A stretch of 63,786 nt of DNA, the filler included, from Octopus bimaculoides (lineage: Eukaryota): NCBI RefSeq assembly GCF_001194135.2. It is 5 parts of 4 records of this genome, joined end to end, with 100 filler letters (N's around TTAATTAATTAA, not from the genome) between each part and the next. Parts side by side here need not be neighbours in the genome. Positions count along the whole stretch, not along the records: positions 28,136 to 39,235 come from NC_069006.1; positions 39,336 to 51,579 come from NC_069008.1; 3 more parts are not named here. One strand, given 5' to 3'. Under the pieces are notes generated by a model. The model worked only from the letters and a program-made list of their open reading frames with translations, ran no database searches and was not told the origin of the DNA. The position numbers and the translations under genes were made by a program. This document shows, piece by piece, positions 36,245 to 48,703 of this stretch. Each line of letters starts with the position of its first letter. Position 1 is the stretch's first letter.

Positions 36245-36478
36245 TAAAATTCTTTATTGCCCACAGGGAGCTAAACATTAAGAGGACAAACAAGGACAGA
36301 CAAAGGGACTGAGTCGATTACATCGATCCCAGTGCGTAACTGGTACTTATTTAATCGATCCCGAAAGGATGAAAGGCAAAGTCGACCTCAGTGGAATTTG
36401 AACTCAGAACGTAACGGCAGACGAAATACCGCTAAGCATTTCGCCCGGCGTGCTAACGATTCGGCCAGCTAGCTGCCC
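36245..36478 (-). mobile_element. SINE family B with alternative 3' tail
   Basis: Consensus head and core; the tail ends CCCTGTGGGCAATAAAGAA rather than GGCCTTGTGCC. Confidence 0.85.
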
Positions 36479-36496
36479 TAATTATTATCATTGTTG

Positions 36497-36564
<68 letters not shown>

Positions 36565-36840
36565 GAGTGAGAGAGCAGTGCATGCCATCAAAGTGACACT
36601 GGGGTACAATTATACGAAGCCCAGTATACCCATTATGACTACCCGTCTGATAAGGGTACAACAGGGACATGCATCACGACCAAATTTGCGCAACATGGTG
36701 AACTTATATCAAGATAAATAGCGCATGACCTTGCAGGTGGGGCCCAGTTAGAATTTTCTCAGTTTGAGTAGCTCATCCTGCTCAAAAGGTCCCTGAATAA
36801 GGTTTGTTTAAGGATGATGAACAAAACACCCATGTTTCCA
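36565..36840 (-). mobile_element. Unclassified retroposon 3' end with long (AAT)n tail
   Basis: Complex 275-bp block that abuts (TTA)n at 36481-36564 and (GATA)n on the other side. Confidence 0.4.
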
Positions 36841-36864
36841 GATAGATAAGTAGATAGATAGATA

Positions 36865-36899
<35 letters not shown>

Positions 36900-37007
36900 A
36901 AAAATAGATAAGGAGGGAGATGGAGAGAAAGATGGAGTGAAAGAAAGAGTGATAAAGAATGCTGAAGAAAAAGACATACAATAAGCAGAAAGAACAGAAA
37001 GAGGAGC

Positions 37008-37052
<45 letters not shown>

Positions 37053-37203
37053 NNNNNNNNNNGAAAGAAAGAAAGGAAGGAAGAAAGAAAGAAAGAAAGA
37101 AAGGAAGAAAGAGAGAAAGAAAAAAAGAAAGAAAGAAAGAAAGAAAGAGAAATGCATACACAGGCGAAACGGTTAAAGGTAGATTGAGGAAGATTGATAA
37201 AGA

Positions 37204-37255
<52 letters not shown>

Positions 37256-38061
37256 GATAAGCCGAAATGGATTGATAGATAGTGATAAATGGTGATAGAT
37301 AGATAAATAGATATATAGATAGAAAGAGAGAGAGAGAGAGAATGACGGAGGGGTGAAGAAAGGGAGGCGATAGTAGCGGGTGTTTAAAAATATGTCTCCC
37401 AGGAAGTGACTACTGACCAATGTCTGTAAAAGAGTCATAGAAGAAGTATTGAAGAAAAGCCATAAATTTAAGAAGCTCTCTGGCATGTCATTTCTGCTAG
37501 ACATTTTGCTCATGCGAACAAATTTGTACCAAGAACGGTGCCAACGTATTTCACAGGAAAGAAGAAGAAACAACATAACAGAGAATGGTACGAACATCTG
37601 CCAAGACTATCGCTGTGTGTCTTTTTTTTTTTGTTGTTGTAGTAGTTGTTGTTGTTGTTTTATCAAAGTGAAAAGTGAGTCAGAATATATTTTAAGTTGA
37701 TTGAGGGAAGCTGGAATGGTTTGAGTTCTATGTCTATGTCCGTTGGCTATTGGCGATGAGGTCGATCGGAGAACGGTCCTGTTGATAACGGCTACTGAAC
37801 CAGAAGAAACAGGTGTCCACGATTTGTTGTTTTATCTCCAGACATACAGGTATTTCCTTGTCCTTAACGGCATGTCAACTTTGGAGAAATTCTTGAATCT
37901 TGAAGTTATCTCCCCTTAGTCAATTAAAGATAGTGTTAATTGCCGGTTGGTAATTATGGTACATCCTTCGGTGGTGGAGATAATTCTAATAAATCAAAAA
38001 TTTATATTGCGTGGTATTTCATGTGTGTGTCTGTTATTTGTGTCTTTGTACCCCCCCCCCC

Positions 38062-38215
38062 CCATCGCTTGACCACCGATGTTGGTGTGTTTACGTCCCC
38101 GTAACTTAGCGGTTCGGCAAAAGAGTCCGATAGATTAAGTACTAGGTTTACAAAGAATAAATCCTAGGGTCGATTTGCTCGACTAAAGGCGGTGCCCTAG
38201 CATGGCAAGAGTAAA
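38062..38215 (+). mobile_element. SINE family A 3' half
   Basis: Right-arm match. Confidence 0.8.
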
Positions 38216-38386
38216 CACAACCTGCTTTTAGAAATTTATTAATTCGAGTCTATTAAATATAATTTAATTCTTTACTCTTGAAAGCTTATTTTACATTTTA
38301 AGTATATATTTAGAATGGAAACTGGAAAATCCAGAAATCCGGAACATTTCCACTTCGAAGCTTACCGGATAATTGTTCCGGTACTG

Positions 38387-38417
<31 letters not shown>

Positions 38418-38652
38418 AATAATAAATGAGTATATGCATATATACGTACAGGTATGTGTGCATACCTACGTCTACCTGTATATATAGGTGCATATCTGGG
38501 TACAGGACATTGCAAACAAAACGTAGACAAGAAAATAATAATAACCAGAGTACAGAAAACACACAAACCACATAGAGAACATTTTCCTTCATCAGCTACC
38601 ACCGTTTTAACACCGGCGTTTCGAAGNNNNNNNNNNNNNNNNNNNNNNNNNN

Positions 38653-38683
<31 letters not shown>

Positions 38684-39175
38684 GGACACTAAAAAGGTCG
38701 TTTAAGAAAGTGCATTAGGTTGGGAAATTTTTAATAGCAACAAAAGTCACAACAGACGAATTTGTAATAAGCACGACTACAAAACGGATGAACAATAAAC
38801 TCGCATTAGACTCTATTGAGGTTACGTTTAATTTCTGACTTCAATCCTTGAGTAAGACAAGCGACTGTTGATAAACAATACAGAAAATCACGACAAAGGC
38901 TGGAGAGCAAAAAGATGGCGGATGACGAGGAGATTTTACAGAATTTCGTATTGTTTTGTAAGTAGTCTAGATAAACACTGACAGCTTACATATGTATGTG
39001 TGTGTGTTTGTGTGGCGGGGATGGTGGGTTATATACAAGCATACATATATTTATACTACATAATATATATATATTTATATATATTATTATTAGTATATTA
39101 TGAGTATATATATATATATATACACACACATACAGACACAGACGCATATGTATATACATAAGCATATACACTCGT

Positions 39176-39235
<60 letters not shown>

Positions 39236-39403
39236 NNNNNNNNNNNNNNNNNNNNNNNNNNNNNNNNNNNNNNNNNNNNTTAATTAATTAANNNNNNNNN
39301 NNNNNNNNNNNNNNNNNNNNNNNNNNNNNNNNNNNCACACACACACACACACACACACTTACGCAAACACAAGCACACTTTCACGAATACACACACATAC
39401 ATA

Positions 39404-39572
39404 TGGCAGAATCATTATCGCGCCGGGAAAACTGCTTAGCGTCATTTCGTCTGTTCTTACGTTCTAAGTTCAAATTGCGCCGAAGTCGACTTTGCCTTTC
39501 ATCCTTTCGGGGTTGATGAAATAAGTACCAGTTCAACACTGGATTCGATGGCCAATGTGCCAAAATTTGAAA
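39404..39572 (+). mobile_element. SINE family B, internally deleted tail
   Basis: Head and core match. Confidence 0.8.
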
Positions 39573-40159
39573 TTGTTGTTGTTGTTTTTGTTGTTGTTTA
39601 CTATCGTCCTGACTAGCTATGAACAATATTTATTTTGAAATATAAAGCAGCCATTTTGCTGTCGAGAAATGTGTTTAGTTAATCTCTGAGTGATATGATA
39701 TTGAACAATGTCGAGGCTGTTGCACTGGGTTTTTTCCTAGCAAACCGTCTCTAAATATAACATAGCTGATTCTTGTTCGACTTGTCTCAAACTGGGAAGG
39801 TCTCTCCACTATTACTTAGTCTGTGAGAAAGACCCTTTAAGAACGGTGGCTCGGTTGGACCAGACTTAGCCATCCGCTTGCGTAGCATTAGGACCGCATC
39901 GCAAATGCTATCAGTGCTCGCCTAAAAATCATATTTAAATAGTCACATTTTCGAGTTAAATAATAAACTTCACAAACTGGTACAGAGTCGTGCTCGTCAT
40001 TGCTAGAGATGTCTCCAGCGTTTACATGGTATGATGGTAACTTCCAAAATTGTGTAGCGAATCCTAAGACTCGAACCCCCTTTTCTAAATTATCAGTTCG
40101 CTATTATGAGTGAACCACAATTGAGGCATGCATTTAGCACGCGCATGTTCTATTTCGGC

Positions 40160-40936
40160 TGAAGTGTCTGTTGCTGTAAGTATGTCTGTGTCTGTGTGCA
40201 TGTTTATAGTCTTGTTTATGTGTGTATTTTTGTTTGGTGTGAGGGGGTGGGAGAGCTTTCCTTGTTTCCCCCTAGGGTGGTTAATGTCTTTGGTGTTGNN
40301 NNNNNNNNNNNNNNNNNNNNNNNNNNNNNNNNNNNNNNNNNNNNNNNNNNNNNNNNNNNNNNNNNNNNNNNNNNNNNNNNNNNNNNNNNNNNNNNNNNNN
40401 NNNNNNNNNNNNNNNNNNNNNNNNNNNNNNNNNNNNNNNNNNNNNNNNNNNNNNNNNNNNNNNNNNNNNNNNNNNNNNNNNNNNNNNNNNNNNNNNNNNN
40501 NNNNNNNNNNNNNNNNNNNNNNNNNNNNNNNNNNNNNNNNNNNNNNNNNNNNNNNNNNNNNNNNNNNNNNNNNNNNNNNNNNNNNNNNNNNNNNNNNNNN
40601 NNNNNNNNNNNNNNNNNNNNNNNNNNNNNNNNNNNNNNNNNNNNNNNNNNNNNNNNNNNNNNNNNNNNNNNNNNNNNNNNNNNNNNNNNNNNNNNNNNNN
40701 NNNNNNNNNNNNNNNNNNNNNNNNNNNNNNNNNNNNNNNNNNNNNNNNNNNNNNNNNNNNNNNNNNNNNNNNNNNNNNNNNNNNNNNNNNNNNNNNNNNN
40801 NNNNNNNNNNNGATTACGCATCCCGGAAGCCAGCAAATATCTAGTTATTTGGTGGGCCGAAAATCAACCCTCTGGGGGCTACACAACCATAAAAAAAAAC
40901 AGTAATAGGTTCCTGGTGTTTCTATTGAATAGTTAT
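40160..40936 (-). mobile_element. Second, internal ORF1 fragment of the same Tx1-like LINE
   Basis: 40160-40298 matches 50731-50869 (2 mismatches in 139 bp) and 40812-40931 matches 51237-51354; the middle is N. Confidence 0.85.
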
Positions 40937-42552
40937 GATGGCACAGGCGATTCAAGTAAACCTAGCAACCTTTAATGTTGACTTGGCAAATGTAGCTGAC
41001 ATCAACTTCATTGTGAAGATGACGTTCACAATGTTGATGATCAGATTATGGAGACACGATAACTGTGATACAGTGTATACTCCACTCGCACTATAGTAAA
41101 TCTATGGGGAACCCACTTGAGATCTAGTCTGTTTGGCTGCCAGCATCAATTCTGTTCGAACTGATTTCATATACAGTGTAATGATACACTTTTATTGGCT
41201 AATGAATGACGTTAAAACCATTTTCGCTATAAAGAGTTATTAGCAATTAAAGTTTGAAAATTTTGGTAATTTTAGCCAATCGCAAGCCACAGACACATTC
41301 ATGTTTGTTTCCATAGTAACAAGAGGAATCGAGAACTCTTTCTTCTGCGAGAAAGCACGTGTTGACAAATATATTGAAACAGCTTTTTTCTAACCTGAAA
41401 GATGGTACCAACACTCAACAAGTGGAGAGTACGTAGGCCTCACCATTGTATGTTAGATTGATACCTCTATGAATTTATGCGACGCAGGATTTGTTTGAGA
41501 AATTGATTGAGTGTATCTAACTTTCGCTTTTAATTAAAAAAATATTTTGTAATGTGTTGCTTATTGCACGCTTCTTATATAAGGATATTTTGTTCACTCT
41601 TTTGTTTTCATATATAACATATAAACATGTACATCTTTTAGAACATTGTGATTTTATAAAATTTTGCTGGCAAATTCTTAAATCAACATAAACATGTATT
41701 TATATGAAAGAAAATTACCGGAGAACTTTCATCTAATTCTTCCAAATCCTGCTGTTAAAACTGTATTGAAACCATTTGTGGGGGGAAATTGTAATGTGTT
41801 TATCGCATGTAACGTGTTGTTCATCGCATTTGCATTAAATGTATATTTAATGTTTAAAACTACTTGTTTACTTGTTTCATTTTGTCATTGAAGTGGTTGT
41901 GAGGTGTGCTAAAAATAACAGCTAAATAACGTTTTTTGGATAAATCTTTTAAGTTCGTGCTATCGCATTAAATGCATATTGAATGCTTCAAACTACAAAA
42001 CATGTGTTGCTCGCAAATTTTGACAACACGTGCTANNNNNNNNNNNNNNNNNNNNNNNNNNNNNNNNNNNNNNNNNNNNNNNNNNNNNNNNNNNNNNNNN
42101 NNNNNNNNNNNNNNNNNNNNNNNNNNNNNNNNNNNNNNNNNNNNNNNNNNNNNNNNNNNNNNNNNNNNNNNNNNNNNNNNNNNNNNNNNNNNNNNNNNNN
42201 NNNNNNNNNNNNNNNNNNNNNNNNNNNNNNNNNNNNNNNNNNNNNNNNNNNNNNNNNNNNNNNNNNNNNNNNNNNNNNNNNNNNNNNNNNNNNNNNNNNN
42301 NNNNNNNNNNNNNNNNNNNNNNNNNNNNNNNNNNNNNNNNNNNNNNNNNNNNNNNNNNNNNNNNNNNNNNNNNNNNNNNNNNNNNNNNNNNNNNNNNNNN
42401 NNNNNNNNNNNNNNNNNNNNNNNNNNNNNNNNNNNNNNNNNNNNNNNNNNNNNNNNNNNNNNNNNNNNNNNNNNNNNNNNNNNNNNNNNNNNNNNNNNNN
42501 NNNNNNNNNNNNNNNNNNNNNNNNNNNNNNNNNNNNNNNNNNNNNNNNNNNN

Positions 42553-42642
<90 letters not shown>

Positions 42643-42819
42643 TAGATAGATAGATAGATGCATGTATGTATGTATACATAAATAAGGGTATATATATATA
42701 TATATACATGTGTGTGTATGTGTGCGTGCGTGCGTGCGTGCGTACGTGCGTGCGTGTGTGCGTGCGTACGTGCGTGCGTGCGTGCGTGCGTGCGTGTGTG
42801 TGTGTGTGTCTTTGTGTCC

Positions 42820-43030
42820 GTGTTTGTCCCCCACCGCCATCGCTTGACAAGTGATATTGATGTGTTTACGTCACCGTAACTTAGCGCTTAGGCAAAAGAG
42901 GCTGATAGAATAAGTACTAAGCTGACAAAGAATAAGTCCTGGAGTCGATTTCTTCGAGTAAAAAACCCTTTAATATGGTACTCCAGTATGGCCGCAGTCG
43001 AATGACTGAAACAAGTAAAAGAATAAAGGA
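42820..43030 (+). mobile_element. SINE family A 3' half
   Basis: Right arm and tail after (GCGT)n. Confidence 0.8.
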
Positions 43031-43049
43031 TAAATACGTTTTACGATGA

Positions 43050-45245
43050 TAATAAGAAGTTTATCAAGCAGTGTGTTATGTTTATAGATGCAACACGGAA
43101 TAATGAATTATCTAGTAATCTAAACACACCATTAAGCTCATTGAAAAGACAGGTATATCCATTAAATCTGTTATCTATAAGTCTTACTACTTTGACAATT
43201 CCACTTGTCAAAGTAACTGCGTGGTACGTGTCATAAACACGCTTATAAAATGGAAAACTGGAATCGCTGTGTAGCGGAAAGAGCATTAGGTGAAACTTTT
43301 AGGAGTATCTTATCTACTCATGCTCTGATACTATGTTAAGGCAAGTCACAAAGTCCGTTTGCATGCGAGAATGTAGACTAAGCCTCAACTGCAAGTCCGA
43401 ATGGGATGTCACCTATACACCTTACGCAATAGGTACTCAATTCCCCCATCCCTCTGTGCCTGTCAATGATGAATTTGCTATCATAATGTTTGATGAGCAC
43501 GGAAAACTTGGTAGAAGGGAAGTGGACTTTTAGAGGGAAAAGGGAAAAACACAAGACCGAAAACACTCCAAAAGCCACACATTTTTTGTATTGGAGAATA
43601 CCATTTTCATCTACATTAAATTGATCCAAGAACAGGTCAATAAGCCGGTGAAGCAATCAATTTCAAAGAATTCTATGCTTTTTATTTCTTAGCATGAGAT
43701 TTGTTCAACCAAATTCTGTGTTTCAAAGAAGTAACCTGTGAGTACATGGTGAACATGCATGCCAAAATTGAGACAGAAAGATTAGCTGGGGTTGAGAAGA
43801 AATCAAGATAAAGGTAAATGATTGTGTTCCCCTTCGAAATGCCATCACTACATTACATGCATGAAAGAACTCAAGATACAGTGACTTGTCGTGAAATTTA
43901 GTCATCTGTAACCCGACATAGACATAAATCTCCGATGAAATTTTTCGATATCAGAAACTGAAAGATCGACATGACCTTGTTGCTCACATGTTTCATGACT
44001 TCTAAAAGATGAGTGAATTTTTCGTGTGCTCAATGCTTGGATGGCTATTATTGGATTGCAGAAAAGATGGCTTCTTCATTTTAATACACTAATTTAATAC
44101 ACTTAATTGATGCAACAATATAAAATGAAATTGCATGGACAATATAATTTTAGCTGAGTCGTCTAATAATAGTTCAGAGTTGTTTTGAAATAATCAAGAT
44201 CCTAGTTTATCTATGGCTTATGTGGAGTCTTCAATCAAGCTTTGCCCTGCATGTAAGATGAAAAATGCACCAAACGATACCAAAGAGAGTTTCTTCATAA
44301 AACTCAGGCCGTGAATGAAGGATATGCACTTTCCATGGGCGTTCACTGAAAGATGGAGGCATAACAACTCTTAACAATTCAAGAGAAACTGACTTTGGAC
44401 ATTGTATGAGTGATCTCGTACAACAAATTGTTTTGCCATCTTCTAAAAGCCCACATCAATGATGAGTACTGCATCTCCCTTAAAAAACAATCCGATATGT
44501 TACAATAAAGGCAGTGACGTGGTTACCTTTGTTTCTGACAAGGAGTGCATTGATAAAGTGCGCTGGATAAAGTCAAATGATATAATACAAGCCAATCTAT
44601 CTCTTGCAAAGAAGCAATGTAAAGAATTTTTGGATATGACACCCACCAACGCCACACAACAGTAGTGTACTTAGCAGTCTATCTAGAGAATGACCAGAGA
44701 GTGCACTTGAGAGACTACGGTTTATCAATAAGAATAAGCACCAACTGATTTCATCCTAACTTATTTTCAAATTGTGCAAGCAGGATAGATTTGTTCGATC
44801 TCTCCTACATGTAGAGAGCTCGACTTAGACTAATCTGAAGACATGAATTCGAAGAAAGCAGGGTCATTCGATATATGGACACAAAGTTGTCCAGGCAGGT
44901 GATATTAATAGGCGTATTTGCACTGTCCATTCCACGTCAGAGAGTTTTTATTTGCAGCTACTTCACATGGCCCAAAGATCTCGATCATTTAATGACATCA
45001 GTTATTTTGAGAGAGAGAGGGGGGAGAGAGAGAGGGGAGAGAGAGAGAGAGAGGTGGAAGAGAGTGATAGTACGTACAACATACCAAGAAACATGTCTTC
45101 TTCGACATCTACTTGTTAATGGACATTGGAAACAGATTCTAAAAGAAGCAGCAGTCACTTGCACGTCAAGTCAGATCAGTCAATTGTTTGCTGTTGTACT
45201 CACAGCGTGTAAAATGTTCAACTCATCTACTCAGGATGGCAATGT
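43050..45245 (+). mobile_element. Decayed Helitron Rep (RepHel N-terminal half)
   Basis: Ordered motifs across frames: PVNDEFAIIM, CEYMVNMHAKIETERL (43737), YMHERTQD, DRHDLVAHMF, LQKRWLLH (for WQKRGLPH), YNKGSD, AVYLENDQRVH, TYQETC...HWKQILKEAA...QLFAVVLTAC. Many stops and deletions; no helicase seen. Confidence 0.85.
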
Positions 45246-46339
45246 GTAAATGAAATTTTGCACTTGTATAAAGACTTTGAGTTATCTCCACCACAACCAC
45301 TTCAAGTTATCTGCTGGTAACCTGAAACCGATTTTCAAATTGAACCCGATTTTAAATTAGCCTTGCACTGTTCTTCGCTAAAATGATAAATTCCAACGTT
45401 TACAACATATGGTATGTTTAATGTATGAAAGACGGTAACTTCCAAAATTGTGTAGCGAATCCTAAGACTCGAACCCCCTTTTCTAAATTATCAGTTCGCT
45501 ATTATGAGTGAACCACAATTGAGGCATGCATTTAGCACGCGCATGTTCTATTTCTTGACCAGACAGTTTCCATAAAATCAGAACAAAAGTAATTATCTTG
45601 ATAGTTATGTATTATTGAACGTTCGCCAGTTTTGTTCTTGTTTATAGCACACGCAGCCAGCTTAATCCATAATTTAAATCAACGATCAAAAATATCCTGT
45701 GACATTGATGACAAACACAACTCTATCTTGAGAGCAATTGTAAGCAAATTTTCAAATATGAGCATAACCAAAAAGTATGAATTTTTTAAACAACCTAAAC
45801 ATTTATAGGATACTTCAGAAAAAAAAAAAAAATCTTTCAACATAGGAGATTCTGAATCTGCAAATTTTTTTTTTTAAACATACGCATTTTTTTTTTTTTT
45901 TTTTTTTTTTTCATAACTATCTGAAGTGTGTAAATATATTTTCTGATAATTTAAAACTGTTTGTTCAGCTCGAATTATTAAAGATAAAATGCAAGTACAA
46001 ATATATTTATACGCGATCGAAATATATACATTATACAAAACAAAATATACACTTTACACTCACAGACAACTTTAAATGCAAACAAAAGATATCAATACAT
46101 TTTAAATGAGATCGATATGTATTTATATACAAAACGAAATATATTTATTCACTTTAAGTACAAAGGGTACGCATTTACATACAAGAACACGAGGACACAC
46201 ATACACACAAAATAACATAGATTGATCTGGCCCGTTATCTCCCTTGAGAAAAACCTCTCAAATTTTCTAATGGTATTTAAAAATTATTGTCATTGGTAGC
46301 TATTAGAATTATGTTATAGAAAAAATGTTAATAATAATA

Positions 46340-46725
46340 ATCCTTTCTAGAAAAGGTACAAGGCCTGAAACTTTGGGGAAGAGAACTGGTCGATTACATT
46401 GACCTCAGTATTTCACTGGTACTTACTTTATCGACCTCGAAAAGAGGAAAGGCAATGTCGGCATCGATGGAATTTAAACTCAGATTGCCACCTTAATAAT
46501 AATAATAATAATAATGTTTCAAATTTTACCACAAGGGCAACTTTGTGGAGGGGTATGAGCCGATTACCTCGACCCCAGTGTTTCACTGGTACTTAATTTA
46601 TCAACCCCCAAAAGGATGAAAGGCAATGTCGACCTCGGCGGAATTTGAACACAGAACGTAATGACAGAAAAATTACTGCTAAGCATTTTGCCTGGCGTGC
46701 TGACGAATTTGCCAGCTGGCCGCCG
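46340..46725 (-). mobile_element. Tandem pair of SINE family B separated by (AAT)n
   Basis: Units at about 46340-46490 and 46515-46725. Confidence 0.82.
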
Positions 46726-47311
46726 TAATAANNNNNNNNNNNNNNNNNNNNNNNNNNNNNNNNNNNNNNNNNNNNNNNNNNNNNNNNNNNNNNNNNNNNN
46801 NNNNNNNNNNNNNNNNNNNNNNNNNNNNNNNNNNNNNNNNNNNNNNNNNNNNNNNNNNNNNNNNNNNNNNNNNNNNNNNNNNNNNNNNNNNNNNNNNNNN
46901 NNNNNNNNNNNNNNNNNNNNNNNNNNNNNNNNNNNNNNNNNNNNNNNNNNNNNNNNNNNNNNNNNNNNNNNNNNNNNNNNNNNNNNNNNNNNNNNNNNNN
47001 NNNNNNNNNNNNNNNNNNNNNNNNNNNNNNNNNNNNNNNNNNNNNNNNNNNNNNNNNNNNNNNNNNNNNNNNNNNNNNNNGCAAAGAATCGTGTTAACTG
47101 GAACGACTCATATACTGAGAAGAGCATTATCGCTGTGAAAACAACATCCATTCATGAATTTATTATTTTTTTTTTAATACATATTTTACCTGTGAATTTG
47201 TGTGTATAAACTGGGAATGCATACAATGAGCTTCTCTGCCCTAGGTGTACGGAAAACACTCGGCAAGAAATGGAAGAAAATTTAAAGAAAGAAGAAAAAA
47301 ACATAATAATA

Positions 47312-47632
47312 ATAGGAATGATCGCAAAAGGGGCTGATTGCTACCTAACTCAGAGACTAGGAAACCCCAAAATGGCAGAAATTCAAACGATAGTGCTCAT
47401 GGGAACTGCCCATATCCTACGTAAAATACTGTCTATATAATCTCAAATTTTCAAACAAACTCATAATTTTCCTATGTTTTCTGAAACATTCTCTAAAACA
47501 ACACAATGTGCAAAACCAAATATATGACACCATAGGCATAACACCAACACGAACTTCTAACTTGTTGTCTTTTGAGGTTTGGTGAGACTTGGAACCAACT
47601 TGTACAAATACAAAGCAAAAGTCAAATAAATA
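47312..47632 (+). mobile_element. Second R4/Dong-like 3' end (different subfamily) in (AAT)n
   Basis: GMIAKGADCYLTQRLGNPKMAEIQTIVLMGTAHILRKILSI*; the 3' UTR is unrelated to the 10.5-kb copy; short (AAT) run 5', long (AAT)n 3'. Confidence 0.7.
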
Positions 47633-47645
47633 ATAATACTAATAC

Positions 47646-47700
<55 letters not shown>

Positions 47701-47702
<2 letters not shown>

Positions 47703-48035
47703 GAGCACTCAGAAAGCGCAAACCTCCGCCAAGGCAACACCAACGTCCTCTCAACGATTAGCCGGAGATGACTATTTAAATGAGAATAGTAAAATGAACC
47801 CGACCGCCCTCAAAATTTAAGCTTAAAAAACCGGAAAAATAATCCAGAATCCTTGTCCAGTACCGGATCGATCCCAAAATCTAATCAGTTCGTGACTGAC
47901 ACGAAGCCAAACATTCCTGAAAGTTTCATCCGAATCCTTCCAGAGGTTCTTGAGATATTTTGTCCTCGGACAAACAAACAAACAAACAAACACGACTGAA
48001 AAGAATACCTCCGCCTTCGCTAAGGCAGAGGTAAT
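47701..48035 (+). mobile_element. Non-autonomous Helentron/DINE-like (HINE) element
   Basis: 5' subterminal ACCTCCGCC (47722-47730), internal (ACAA)n, 3' hairpin TACCTCCGCCTT-CGCT-AAGGCAGAGGTA (48006-48033); sits in (AAT)n. Confidence 0.55.
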
Positions 48036-48703
48036 GATAATAATAATGATAATAATAATGATAATAATAATGATAATAATAATAAAACCCTNNNNNNNNN
48101 NNNNNNNNNNNNNNNNNNNNNNNNNNNNNNNNNNNNNNNNNNNNNNNNNNNNNNNNNNNNNNNNNNNNNNNNNNNNNNNNNNNNNNNNNNNNNNNNNNNN
48201 NNNNNNNNNNNNNNNNNNNNNNNNNNNNNNNNNNNNNNNNNNNNNNNNNNNNNNNNNNNNNNNNNNNNNNNNNNNNNNNNNNNNNNNNNNNNNNNNNNNN
48301 NNNNNNNNNNNNNNNNNNNNNNNNNNNNNNNNNNNNNNNNNNNNNNNNNNNNNNNNNNNNNNNNNNNNNNNNNNNNNNNNNNNNNNNNNNNNNNNNNNNN
48401 NNNNNNNNNNNNNNNNNNNNNNNNNNNNNNNNNNNNNNNNNNNNNNNNNNNNNNNNNNNNNNNNNNNNNNNNNNNNNNNNNNNNNNNNNNNNNNNNNNNN
48501 NNNNNNNNNNNNNNNNNNNNNNNNNNNNNNNNNNNNNNNNNNNNNNNNNNNNNNNNNNNNNNNNNNNNNNNNNNNNNNNNNNNNNNNNNNNNNNNNNNNN
48601 NNNNNNNNNNNNNNNNNNNNNNNNNNNNNNNNNNNNNNNNNNNNNNNNNNNNNNNNNNNNNNNNNNNNNNNNNNNNNNNNNNNNNNNNNNNNNNNNNNNN
48701 NNN

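Noticed and set aside
43041-43656. Minus-strand ORFs (81 and 92 aa) that look like a viral insert
   Set aside because: They are antisense shadows of the decayed Helitron Rep on the + strand.
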